From a virus (Duplodnaviria; Caudoviricetes), in the IMG/VR virus record IMGVR_UViG_3300028886_000066, positions 40,674 through 104,673 of that record: DNA of 64,000 nucleotides; one strand, given 5' to 3'. The notes under the pieces were generated by a model. It worked only from the letters and a program-made list of their open reading frames with translations. It searched no databases and was not told the origin of the DNA. The translations under genes were made by a program, and so were the position numbers. Of the stretch, positions 26,633-35,991 are shown piece after piece (position 1 is the stretch's first letter; each line of letters begins with the position of its first letter).

Positions 26633-27832
26633 ATGGCAACTACAAGAGCAATATCAGCCTACAACGATTACGACTATCGTAAGTACATGGATAATGCCAC
26701 TTTCCGTAAGATCCTGGATAAGGCTAACGACAAATACAACAAGCCAGGACTCGGTTGGCGTATGCTTGGCGACTGGGACCAGCCCAGCGACAGTAAGATT
26801 TGGTCGCAGGGTCATCGTACCGTTCCCATCATGGCTCGCGCCTCGCTGCTCTCAGCCCACGGACTGAAGCCGATGCGTAACACCTCTGGTTGGAAGTTCT
26901 ACACTGGCTCGACACCGAAGTTCGGTCACGGCTATACCTTCGACGAGGATGACATGTTCCTGCTCCGCGACGTGCGTAACAATACTGGCCGCGACATGCA
27001 GGACTTGATTTACGACTCGCTGTTCGTAAACGCCCAGCAGATTATCGGCGGTATTCATAACGAGCTGTCTCACATGACCTTCGAGCTTGCCTCTACGGGC
27101 GGCATTAACGAGGCCAGTGTTGACGGTGTGAAGTATCAGTTCGCATTCGACTTTGAGGCTAACCAGTATCAGGAGGTTTCTCCCGCTTGGTTCACCGAGT
27201 CCGTTGACGGTACTATCACTGCCGAAGAGACAGGCGTGAACATCATCAAGGACATCCTCGACTTGCAGCGCATGCTCACCGTCAGCCAGAACCGTGACGT
27301 GAATGCTTGGCTTGTGAATATTGATACGCTGTATCAGATTCTCGACCATCCTTCGGTACTGAAGTCATACCTTGCCAACAAGGATATTCAGACAGGCAAC
27401 CAGGCTGCTTATATCGCAACGCGCACTGAACTGGTTCAGTTCCTCTACAACCGCGGTGTATGGCCTATCATCCCTGTTGACTTCAAGTCGGTACATGAGG
27501 AAGACGGTAAGCCTGTGGCCGATGCTCCCGCCTTTGACCCGCGCTACATGATTGCGTTCAACCGCAACGAGCGCATGTTCTCCATCAAGAACACCAATTC
27601 GATTTGGAAGGATCGTCAGGCATACGGCGGTATCTCTCAGAGCACTATATACTCGTTCATCGAGGGACGCATTGCCGCACTGAGCACTTGGTATGAGAAC
27701 CCGATTCACAACACCGTCGAGTTTGAGTTGTACGCAGGCCCCGTGTTCAATAATATGCGCAACTGGGCTCGCGTGAAGGTCATCGGTGTGGCGAGTTCTT
27801 CGAGTTCATCTGCAAGTTCTTCGAGCGAGTAA
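26633..27832 (+). CDS. major capsid protein (lambda gpE-like) with Ser-rich C-terminal tail
   Basis: Size, position and PKFGHGY...IHNELSHM..LASTG pattern; ends VASSSSSSASSSSE. Confidence 0.8.
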   Translation: MATTRAISAYNDYDYRKYMDNATFRKILDKANDKYNKPGLGWRMLGDWDQPSDSKIWSQGHRTVPIMARASLLSAHGLKPMRNTSGWKFYTGSTPKFGHGYTFDEDDMFLLRDVRNNTGRDMQDLIYDSLFVNAQQIIGGIHNELSHMTFELASTGGINEASVDGVKYQFAFDFEANQYQEVSPAWFTESVDGTITAEETGVNIIKDILDLQRMLTVSQNRDVNAWLVNIDTLYQILDHPSVLKSYLANKDIQTGNQAAYIATRTELVQFLYNRGVWPIIPVDFKSVHEEDGKPVADAPAFDPRYMIAFNRNERMFSIKNTNSIWKDRQAYGGISQSTIYSFIEGRIAALSTWYENPIHNTVEFELYAGPVFNNMRNWARVKVIGVASSSSSSASSSSE

Positions 27833-27851
27833 ACTCTAATCACTTGGAATC

Positions 27852-28256
27852 ATGGCTACATGCACTCACTCCAACGGTATGCTGACCATCAGGAAGTACT
27901 TAGGTGGCAAAGTCAGGAATATTAGGATTCCTGACGATGCCATTCTGTCGATATGTGCCGATGCAGGCGTAGACCCCGACACTCTATATGCTAAGGCGAC
28001 TCAGCGTCAGCGAGACCTGTCGCTTGCGTGGCTCTATGTATGGGTGGCAGGCAGTCCGACGCAGACGGGCGGTTGGACTGAGGAGAGTGCCGACTGGAGG
28101 AGTACTGACGGTGGTGAGCGTATGTCTGCTAGCGTACTCAAACAATACCTTGCTATGGCCAACAAAATCTTCGAGGAATACGACCTGCCTTGTGTGGGTG
28201 AGGAGTCTTGGGGATTTGTTGGCCGTGGCATCCGTAATCCGAGGAGATACTGCTGA
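27852..28256 (+). CDS. head-tail adaptor
   Basis: Position after capsid; size. Confidence 0.6.
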   Translation: MATCTHSNGMLTIRKYLGGKVRNIRIPDDAILSICADAGVDPDTLYAKATQRQRDLSLAWLYVWVAGSPTQTGGWTEESADWRSTDGGERMSASVLKQYLAMANKIFEEYDLPCVGEESWGFVGRGIRNPRRYC

Positions 28257-28603
28257 TGTTAGAGAGACCTGATAACCCGCGCTTCCCTCACAGCTGCCGC
28301 ATTACCCGTGCTGTAGATGAAGACCCGATGGTCGATGAGAGCGAAAGCAATCTCATCTATGAGGGAAAGTGTCGAGCCTACGAGAAGAACACCACTTCGG
28401 ACAAGGGAGACGTCCTGAACTCCTTCAGGGGTCTGGCTTTGCCTATAGACAGGGAGGGATGGATTCGGTATGGTAAGGTTCCACGCGAGGGCGATGAGGT
28501 TGTTGTTGATAGAGGTGGTTACACGGAACGCGGACGTGTGGTTGACGTCAATCCCGCGAATTTCGGAGGAACACATTTGATTTGGAAATATGGCAGGCAC
28601 TAA
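28256..28603 (+). CDS. head closure / stopper protein
   Basis: Position; beta-rich, 115 aa. Confidence 0.6.
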   Translation: MLERPDNPRFPHSCRITRAVDEDPMVDESESNLIYEGKCRAYEKNTTSDKGDVLNSFRGLALPIDREGWIRYGKVPREGDEVVVDRGGYTERGRVVDVNPANFGGTHLIWKYGRH

Positions 28604-29195
28604 TAAGACAATCGTAGAGAAGGCTTTCAGGGATTTTGAGAAGCGTATGGATCAGCAGGTATTCGGTCAACTCGACAAATACTGCAGGGACATCCTTCGC
28701 AAGGCCGTGTGGGAGCGTCAGCATTTCACTGGCGGTCACAACTTCACGGGAAACCTTGTCAACTCGATTGTTGTCTGCATGTTCCGCAAGTCAACGGGCA
28801 AGAAGTACAAGTACTTTGCCTATGACACCATCAAGCTTCCGATACGGCGTGAGCTGTCGGCATTGACATCCCGTGGCAAACGAAGGAAAAACAGGATTAT
28901 ATTCCACCCAGGCAGCAGGTATGGAAGTCAGGACTGGTCGGGAGAGTGGTCAACGCTCAAGCCCGATAATCTCATTCCTACGGATGAGAGCTGGGGTCAG
29001 AACGATGCGGTTCAGTTCGCGAGTATCTGGTATCCGACAAATACAAACATCGACTTTACGATTTGCGTGGCCTATGCTTCAGAGTATGCGTCCTTCGTCG
29101 AACACGAACGCCACACGACAGGTTACATTAATACGCTTGACTATGCCGAGCGTATGGCTGTTGAGTATTACGGATTGAAACCCGCAACAAGATAA
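28590..29195 (+). CDS. HK97 gp10-like neck / tail completion protein
   Basis: TGNLVNSI and YASFVE motifs. Confidence 0.7.
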   Translation: MAGTNKTIVEKAFRDFEKRMDQQVFGQLDKYCRDILRKAVWERQHFTGGHNFTGNLVNSIVVCMFRKSTGKKYKYFAYDTIKLPIRRELSALTSRGKRRKNRIIFHPGSRYGSQDWSGEWSTLKPDNLIPTDESWGQNDAVQFASIWYPTNTNIDFTICVAYASEYASFVEHERHTTGYINTLDYAERMAVEYYGLKPATR

Positions 29196-29199
29196 GGTA

Positions 29200-29613
29200 A
29201 TGGCAGAGAAGACAACCATAGCAAAGATGTACGATGACCTCGTCAACGCCTTGGATGGCATTGTCGAGCGCAAGTTTATCTTCACAGGGGGCAGGCCAGA
29301 CATCAAGGATGCCGACTTGGAGACGATGCCGAAGTATATCGTCGTTGAACTCCCAGTCGCTATTGATGATATGGTGTTTGGAAATCACAAGTTCCACCTG
29401 ACTACCACTGGAGTCTTCTACCTTATCTCGAAGTCAAAGAAAAACAGGACGTTCAACGTCAATACTCTTTCCGACTTCATTGAGGAGGTGACGGACTTGT
29501 TCCCCATCAGCGGGACTCACTTCGCAGCCGTAAATCCTGTCGTGCTGATGCGTGGTATGGATGAGTTTGGGTATCAGCTGGTAACAATCACATTTGATTT
29601 ACATTCTAAATAA
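29200..29613 (+). CDS. tail terminator protein
   Basis: Position before the tail tube gene; size. Confidence 0.6.
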   Translation: MAEKTTIAKMYDDLVNALDGIVERKFIFTGGRPDIKDADLETMPKYIVVELPVAIDDMVFGNHKFHLTTTGVFYLISKSKKNRTFNVNTLSDFIEEVTDLFPISGTHFAAVNPVVLMRGMDEFGYQLVTITFDLHSK

Positions 29614-29640
29614 TTTAATAACTATAAAAACAGTACGATT

Positions 29641-30207
29641 ATGGCAAATATTTTAGCAAGCGAAACCAATAAATTTGTTGGTATCAGCGCACTAAAGGTT
29701 GTGAAAGGCGGTTTTGCTGCCGGGTTCACACTAGGCGGAAATAGCCTCGTAGAGGTTCCTGTTGCTGAGGACGGTGGCTTCACCTATACTGGTGGCGAGC
29801 CTTCCATCGAGCACTACAAGATTCACGGTCTGTCTGCCGACTGGACGAGCCGCACGACTCCGGGCGAGACGCAGATTAACCTCTTCATTCCGAGTATCAC
29901 CAGCACTCTGCTGACCTTGTTCGGATTCTCTGTGACTACCGCAGACTCTGCAAGCGGAATCTCTGCCAATGCAAGCGGTTTTACGTTCCAGGAGAGCGCA
30001 CTGGCCGTTACTCTCGGTATCGTTGCCTTCAACGACGAGGGTACCAAGGCGTTCGCCATCAAAGCAGCCAAGCTCTCGGCTACCATCGTATTCGACGAGG
30101 CCAACAGTGCAAAGCCTATCGGCATTAGTCTGACAGGTTTTACCTCTGCTGGTGAGGACGCCGATGCTATGGGTATCTTCGAGATCAGCGGTTCTTCGAG
30201 CGAATAA
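29641..30207 (+). CDS. major tail tube protein ending in SGSSSE
   Basis: Beta-rich 188 aa in the canonical position, followed by a terminator. Confidence 0.75.
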   Translation: MANILASETNKFVGISALKVVKGGFAAGFTLGGNSLVEVPVAEDGGFTYTGGEPSIEHYKIHGLSADWTSRTTPGETQINLFIPSITSTLLTLFGFSVTTADSASGISANASGFTFQESALAVTLGIVAFNDEGTKAFAIKAAKLSATIVFDEANSAKPIGISLTGFTSAGEDADAMGIFEISGSSSE

Positions 30208-30228
30208 CTCAATCCATTCTAAACGATG

Positions 30229-30268
30229 AGCGGTGGCGGTGAGGTTATAGTCACCGTTGCCGCTTTTT
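30229..30268 (+). terminator. rho-independent terminator
   Basis: AGCGGTGGCGGTGA/TCACCGTTGCCGCT stem followed by a T run. Confidence 0.8.
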
Positions 30269-30298
30269 GTTTGGGAAGGATTTTTAATTTTGTGAGGA

Positions 30299-32539
30299 AT
30301 GGATATTGACTACGTTGTCCCTATGGTTTTCGATGATGATGAGCAGTGGCGAAAAGATTATGTCACGGCGCATCATGTGCTGCGTTATGGCGGCGGTAAT
30401 GTGAGGTATCGGTCGTGGGGAAATGAGGAACTTTTGATTAGGTGTATCAGAAAATTCATGCCCTTCGTGCGTACCATATATATTATATTGGCGCGGGAGA
30501 GTCAGAAGAAGGCGTGGATGGATGGTGAACATTTCGGAGAAGCGAAAGGCACGGTGAGGGTTGTTTATCATCGTGAGTTTGTGCCTGAGAAGTATTTGCC
30601 TTGTTTCAATAGCTGTACGTTGGAGATGTTCGTACCGTTTATTGAGGGGTTGTCGGAACACTTCATTTATGGGAATGATGATATGTTCCCCGTGTCTCCG
30701 TTGAAAGAGACGGACTTTTTCGTCAATGGATTGCCCGTGCAGCATCTTAGTGAGAAGGCTTTCCCTGATAATCCGAGCATATTCCATAAGAAATGCAAGA
30801 ACCAGCAGAAGATGATTGCCTCTTCTCTGGGCATAGAGATTGGTGACACCCACTTACATAACGGGCATAATCTCGCACCTATGCTCAGGAGTTCATGTCT
30901 GGAGGTAAGGGAGATATTTGATAAGGAAATAACTGACGGTATAACTCCGTACCGTTCAGAGACGAGTTATAACCAATATCTTTATGTGTTGTGGCAGCAT
31001 TTTACGGGAAGATATGTTGACGGCAGGGCGAAGAGTACCTACGTTTCGGTAAAAGAACCAGTCTCGCGTATCAGAGAGGTTATATGTAAATCAAAAGGGG
31101 TTGTTTGTGTGAATGACAATGAGCGTGCTGGCGACATAAGTGAACACGCCGCGCTTGTAAGAAGAATCCTTAACGAGAAATTGATGAGTAAGAAAGAATC
31201 TGATTATAGAATATGGGTCACGTACCACCGTGACGAGTTGGTATCTCAGTATGGCTTATTGGATGATGACCACCATAAGTTGTTTGCCAGCCACAAAGAT
31301 ATTGAAGGTAAGAACATCAATCATCTGAATCCTGTATATTCAGAGATGGTGACGATGTGGTATGTGTGGAAGAATAATATCAAGAGTGAATATATTGGCT
31401 TTGAACATTACCGACGCCACTTGAATATCCGCAGGATGCCGCGAAAAGGCGAATGTCAGGTGTTCAGGGCGATCAACTTCGGCAAACAGACGATTTACGA
31501 GCAGTATGCAAAATGTCACAATGTGAAGGATATTGACGTGATGCTTGGCATACTTGGGGGAAGGTTTGGTAAGTCTAATCCGTATGCAAGACATATCACA
31601 GAAGACAGTGTTCTGATTGCCAACTGCACGTTCCTGATGAAATGGACTGATTTCAAGAAGTTGTGCGAGTTCATGTTTCCACTGTTGGAAGATTTCGCTG
31701 TTTTGTCAGGAATCAGGAACAACTCTTTAGAGGAATGGAATAATAAAGCTCAAAAGGATTTTGGTAATAATAGGACGGCATACCAGATGCGCGTAGTGTC
31801 TTTTTTGGCCGAGCGACTTATTTCCGCGTGGATAAATACGCATATGAAGTGGTGGAATGGTATTGATGTCGCTATCGTTCACTACAACACCCCTGAACTG
31901 ACAGATGCGGCCATACGCTCTTTGAATAAGTTTACGCCGGGATGTCGGGTGACTATCTTTGACAATAGCAACGAAAAACCTTTTGTCAACAGCTACAAGA
32001 ATGTCTCTGTCATCGACAATACAAAAGGGCAGATAATCGACTTCGAAGAAATACTGAGCCATTATCCTGACAAGGAACTTAGCGAAAGAAACAAGAGTGA
32101 TTTTGGTAGTGCCAAACACTGCAAAAGTGTTGACATATTGATGGACTACATACCTGACGGTTTTCTACTGATGGATTCTGACGTTCTTGTCACGAATGAT
32201 GTTCGTAAGTTAGTACGTTATGACGTAGCCGTGTCAGGCATGGAGCATACGAAGGACGGCGTTACGCTGTTTCAGCCTTTTCTCTGTTGGATTAATGTGC
32301 CGATGCTCCGTGTGAATGACATTCGCTATTTTAACGGCGACAAGATGTGGGCTTTGAGCCGTATATTCCCGAATAACAGATATGACACAGGTGCGTGGTT
32401 GTTTGAGGAAGTACGGAACAAGAACCTTGAATGGCTTGCGGTCGATATTTGGCGGTTTATCATTCACTTCGGTCATGGTAGCTGGCGAGATAAGAACGGC
32501 AGGGCATGGTTAGAGGAACACAAGGATTTGTATGAGTAA
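30299..32539 (+). CDS. three-domain glycosylation enzyme: Stealth phosphotransferase + DUF4422-type GT + GT2/GT-A domain
   Basis: Stealth CR1 DIDYVVPMV, CR2 LPCFNS..LSEHFIYGNDDMF..DFF, CR4 CVND; DUF4422 LNPVYSEM..WKN..YIGFEHYRR and FLAERL; GT-A VAIVHYN..IFDNS..LMDSD. Confidence 0.85.
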   Translation: MDIDYVVPMVFDDDEQWRKDYVTAHHVLRYGGGNVRYRSWGNEELLIRCIRKFMPFVRTIYIILARESQKKAWMDGEHFGEAKGTVRVVYHREFVPEKYLPCFNSCTLEMFVPFIEGLSEHFIYGNDDMFPVSPLKETDFFVNGLPVQHLSEKAFPDNPSIFHKKCKNQQKMIASSLGIEIGDTHLHNGHNLAPMLRSSCLEVREIFDKEITDGITPYRSETSYNQYLYVLWQHFTGRYVDGRAKSTYVSVKEPVSRIREVICKSKGVVCVNDNERAGDISEHAALVRRILNEKLMSKKESDYRIWVTYHRDELVSQYGLLDDDHHKLFASHKDIEGKNINHLNPVYSEMVTMWYVWKNNIKSEYIGFEHYRRHLNIRRMPRKGECQVFRAINFGKQTIYEQYAKCHNVKDIDVMLGILGGRFGKSNPYARHITEDSVLIANCTFLMKWTDFKKLCEFMFPLLEDFAVLSGIRNNSLEEWNNKAQKDFGNNRTAYQMRVVSFLAERLISAWINTHMKWWNGIDVAIVHYNTPELTDAAIRSLNKFTPGCRVTIFDNSNEKPFVNSYKNVSVIDNTKGQIIDFEEILSHYPDKELSERNKSDFGSAKHCKSVDILMDYIPDGFLLMDSDVLVTNDVRKLVRYDVAVSGMEHTKDGVTLFQPFLCWINVPMLRVNDIRYFNGDKMWALSRIFPNNRYDTGAWLFEEVRNKNLEWLAVDIWRFIIHFGHGSWRDKNGRAWLEEHKDLYE

Positions 32540-32559
32540 CAAAAAAAAAGTTGGATAGA

Positions 32560-33099
32560 ATGGAAAAAGAACCTAAGATTGAGCAGCCGTCCATTGAAGC
32601 ACAGAGGACGTATGCCAGCATGAGAGACAATGACGCGACTATTGTTCCCGTGTTAGGAACAAAGAAGAAATACAAGATTCGTTGGCTGAAGAAGGGGCAG
32701 ATAAACAAATTGTCCCGACTTCTGATACGTAAGTCCGGAACAGATGAAAAAGACGGTGCAAACGACTCACCTCTTGATGCTATTCGTGAGGATTCAAAGC
32801 TAACGTGCAAGGCCGCAGCTATTTATATCCTTGACGGCTATTGGAAACTGAAGTTCCGCTACTGGTTCCTGTGGCGGTGGTTCTACTATATTAGGCAGTA
32901 CGATGACGTACAACTTCAGGCTATACTTACGGAGGGTCAAAAAAAAACTCCGCTCACGCCGTTCTTGATAGCTACCATGTTACTGACAGAGGCAAGGGTT
33001 TCGCTAATGAATATGAGGACGGAAGAAGCCGAGCGTATCCTTCTCGCACAGCCTTCGGCGCAGCAGCAGGAGACGGAAAAGCCCGCCAATGGCTCCTGA
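32560..33099 (+). CDS. tail assembly chaperone (gpG-like)
   Basis: Position in the tail region; A9 slippery run at 32939-32947. Confidence 0.6.
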   Translation: MEKEPKIEQPSIEAQRTYASMRDNDATIVPVLGTKKKYKIRWLKKGQINKLSRLLIRKSGTDEKDGANDSPLDAIREDSKLTCKAAAIYILDGYWKLKFRYWFLWRWFYYIRQYDDVQLQAILTEGQKKTPLTPFLIATMLLTEARVSLMNMRTEEAERILLAQPSAQQQETEKPANGS

Positions 33100-33404
33100 T
33101 GCCGAGGTACTTCCTGTTCGGCTTCATTGAAGTTCCTATGTGGGACTATTATTGGGGGCTGACGGCTGCACAGGTAGAGCTACTGACAATCGACCAGCCT
33201 ATTGTCGTGTATAAGGCCGACAAGGATAATGACAAGCCATGGAAGAAAGGCACTGTATCTGAGGGGTATGCCAACAAGCAGTACCAGAAGTGGCTTGAGA
33301 AGAAGAAGAAGCGAGAGGCAGAGGGTAAAGACCTCGATTTCAGGACTGGCAGGAAAGTAGACTTCGGTCATTTCATTGCCACTGGAGAGAAGAAAGAGAT
33401 TTAA
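33099..33404 (+). CDS. tail assembly chaperone C-terminal part (gpT-like)
   Basis: -1 frame relative to the upstream gene; YYWGLT motif. Confidence 0.55.
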   Translation: MPRYFLFGFIEVPMWDYYWGLTAAQVELLTIDQPIVVYKADKDNDKPWKKGTVSEGYANKQYQKWLEKKKKREAEGKDLDFRTGRKVDFGHFIATGEKKEI

Positions 33405-33420
33405 GCATCACATTTTTATT

Positions 33421-33480
33421 AAAGTCCACACCGAGAAGAGCGATGGTATAGCCGCCCGTTCTTCCCAGTGTGGGCTTTTG
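33421..33480. terminator. long stem-loop, probable terminator
   Basis: AAAGTCCACAC..GTGTGGGCTTTT inverted repeat with inner stem. Confidence 0.55.
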
Positions 33481-33527
33481 CCTTCCTGTGATGCGGGTGC
33501 ATTGTTGAACATATAAATAATGTGTCT

Positions 33528-33755
33528 ATGAAGGCAGTAGAATTATTGAAAATCTTTAGAGAACCGTTAAATTTGATGTCAAAGAATGGCATCTTACTTG
33601 AAGACTACAAGTATGTTGAGGCTTACGAGCATTTTCTGCAGATGCGAATGTATGGCGTGAAGTACCGTGCTGCAATAGCTATTCTTGCAAAAGAATGGAA
33701 TGTCGGAGAGCGCACGTTGCAGCGGGCTTTTAATAGGCTGTCCCAGGAGTGTTAA
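33528..33755 (+). CDS. small HTH DNA-binding protein
   Basis: LAKEWNVGERTLQRAFNRL helix-turn-helix. Confidence 0.7.
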   Translation: MKAVELLKIFREPLNLMSKNGILLEDYKYVEAYEHFLQMRMYGVKYRAAIAILAKEWNVGERTLQRAFNRLSQEC

Positions 33756-33817
33756 ATGCCGTCTTCTTGTGACTGCTGAAACGTGTCTGTATGCTTGCTG
33801 CTCGTTGGGTTAATGAC

Positions 33818-33825
33818 TAACTTTG
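33818..33825 (+). promoter_or_regulatory. -7 promoter element of the accessory module
   Basis: TAACTTTG followed by a TTGTCA/TGACAA hairpin. Confidence 0.55.
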
Positions 33826-33887
33826 CCATTGTCAAAGCGCGATGACAAAGAAATAATAGTATTAACCTAAAAATGCAGTATTTCGAT

Positions 33888-34820
33888 ATGGCAGAAATTT
33901 ATAGTGTACCCGACAATTCGGGATCTACTCCACAGTTTACAATCCCTATCGGTGGACTTGGTAATGGTGGTATGTTCGGCAATGGCTTTAACTCCATCGC
34001 TGATTTGTTCGGACTGGCAATCATAGCCTCAATGTTCGGTTGGGGTAACGGTAACGGCTTCGGCGGTGGCTGGGGCGGTGGCAATGGTGCTGCTGGTTTC
34101 CTTAGTAACCAACTCAATAACGATTCAGGTCGTGAGCTTATCATGCAGGCAGTGACCAATCAGGGCGAGGCTTCACGTACAGCGATTCAGTCACTTGCGA
34201 CCGCATTAGGGCAGGATTTCACCCTTGTCAATCAAGGCGTACAGACCGTACAGAATGCACTCAGCAACCTTGCCTTGCAGCAGGCCGTGAGCGTACCTCA
34301 GATTATCAACTCCATACAGAGTGGTGATGCAAGTCTTGCAAGTGCCTTCCAGAAGTGTTGCTGCGACCAACAGCTCGCTACTTGTCAGCAGACAAATACA
34401 TTACAGAATGCTATCAACGGTGTAGGCAACCAAGTACAAGCAAAGGCTGCTGCCGACCAGTTGGCTATATGTCAGCAGACTTACGCTCTGACTGACAACA
34501 TGAATCGCAACTTCCTTGCTATTGACAACAAGCTTGATGCTATGGAGTCAAATCGCAAAGACCGCGAGATTACCGCTTTGACGGCAGAAGTCGCATCGTT
34601 GAAGTCTCAGAACTTCACCACAGGTGTTGTTCAGCAGGCTGTTGCTCCTATTCTTGGTCAGCTTGCTGGCATCCAGAATCAGGTTGATGACATCAAGAAC
34701 AAGATGCCAAATACCATCGCAGTAACATATCCAAATGTTACCGCCGTAAACAACACTCCATATATGGGTGGTTGGAATGGTTTTTATGGTAACGGGTTCG
34801 GCAACCAGATTGTGTTTTAA
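33888..34820 (+). CDS. Gly-rich hydrophobic / coiled-coil protein with CCC motif, uncharacterised
   Basis: Hydrophobic segment flanked by GNG repeats; Q/N-rich heptads; KCCCD. Confidence 0.85.
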   Translation: MAEIYSVPDNSGSTPQFTIPIGGLGNGGMFGNGFNSIADLFGLAIIASMFGWGNGNGFGGGWGGGNGAAGFLSNQLNNDSGRELIMQAVTNQGEASRTAIQSLATALGQDFTLVNQGVQTVQNALSNLALQQAVSVPQIINSIQSGDASLASAFQKCCCDQQLATCQQTNTLQNAINGVGNQVQAKAAADQLAICQQTYALTDNMNRNFLAIDNKLDAMESNRKDREITALTAEVASLKSQNFTTGVVQQAVAPILGQLAGIQNQVDDIKNKMPNTIAVTYPNVTAVNNTPYMGGWNGFYGNGFGNQIVF

Positions 34821-34847
34821 CGATTAAGTGGATAGGAGGTATATAGC

Positions 34848-35180
34848 ATGTGTTTCAATAATGTAACAACAAATGCGGGAGGAATACCACTACTCGTTTC
34901 AACCGCAACCACTATTGGTACTGAGACTATCGACATTGCAATGGGCTTCCGCAGGATTCAGCCTCTTGGCTATTTTACTCTCCGTATTTCGGATGTAATA
35001 CCTGCCGATGCCACAACGACACTACCTGTTACTTTGACACTAAATGGCACTACACGTCAGTTGACACTCCCCAACGGAGAAAACGTCACTGCCGCAGAAT
35101 TGCTGAACGTAAGTACAATTTTGGTGTGGAATGACAGATTCAACGGCTCGCTGATGTTAATGTCTCGTACCGTAGTGTAA
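34848..35180 (+). CDS. small beta-rich protein
   Basis: Thr-rich ORF in the same operon. Confidence 0.75.
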   Translation: MCFNNVTTNAGGIPLLVSTATTIGTETIDIAMGFRRIQPLGYFTLRISDVIPADATTTLPVTLTLNGTTRQLTLPNGENVTAAELLNVSTILVWNDRFNGSLMLMSRTVV

Positions 35181-35212
35181 TACGCCCAAGCGTCTGGCAA
35201 GCGTTCTTTGAC

Positions 35213-35845
35213 TTACTGATTGACAAGAGATTTTTCGTAGTCGGATAGGTACATCCAACGTCTTTTTCTTACAGGTCTGCCTGTGTGTTTGATTGAGTCT
35301 ATTATAGACGAACGTCCAAACCCATCCTTTCCTGCATCAGACATAGACTTATAATGCGTTACTGTTCCGTCTTTCGATATACATACCACTGGCTTCCATA
35401 GGGTAGTCATTTGCTTCCCTAAATGTGATTCAGATTGCCGCTTTCTTGCAATTTGGTTCATGTTGTTTTCGGAGTGTGTACACCATCTGAGGTTAGACAC
35501 AACGTTGTTCAGTCCATTTCCATCTATATGGTCAATTTCTGTCCTGTTGTTTGGATTTGGTATAAATGCAAAAGCAACAATTCTATGAACAAGAAATCGC
35601 TTCCGCTTGTTAAACTCGCTCAAATACAGCATATAATATCTCTGTTTGCGACGTTTGATAACGGTTGGTTTAAGTAGTTTGGGGTATGTTACGGCAGTGT
35701 TATGACCATCAGACCTTGGTCTTGATGTAAACTTTCTAACCATCCTGCCAAAAGATGAAACCATGTAAGATTCCTCGTACCCAACTACATCTCGCCACTC
35801 TTCTCCTTCGAGTCTTATAGACTCAATAAATTCTTTGTTTGTCAT
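35213..35845 (-). CDS. second free-standing NUMOD4-HNH homing endonuclease
   Basis: EEWRDVVGYE; VHRIVAFAFIPNP..IDHIDGNGLNN..NLRWC; own -7 element TACCTTTG at 35943-35950. Confidence 0.9.
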   Translation of the reverse strand: MTNKEFIESIRLEGEEWRDVVGYEESYMVSSFGRMVRKFTSRPRSDGHNTAVTYPKLLKPTVIKRRKQRYYMLYLSEFNKRKRFLVHRIVAFAFIPNPNNRTEIDHIDGNGLNNVVSNLRWCTHSENNMNQIARKRQSESHLGKQMTTLWKPVVCISKDGTVTHYKSMSDAGKDGFGRSSIIDSIKHTGRPVRKRRWMYLSDYEKSLVNQ

Positions 35846-35991
35846 TTTTCTTTCTGAGTTAAATAACTTCTGAGATTTTAAAAAAGGGAAGAGCCTCAGA
35901 AATACTCTTGTCAGTCGGTGGCCAAACCAACCTATCCCGATGCAAAGGTACAAATAAATTAGTGAATAAACAAAATTTAAAGTAAAAAACA

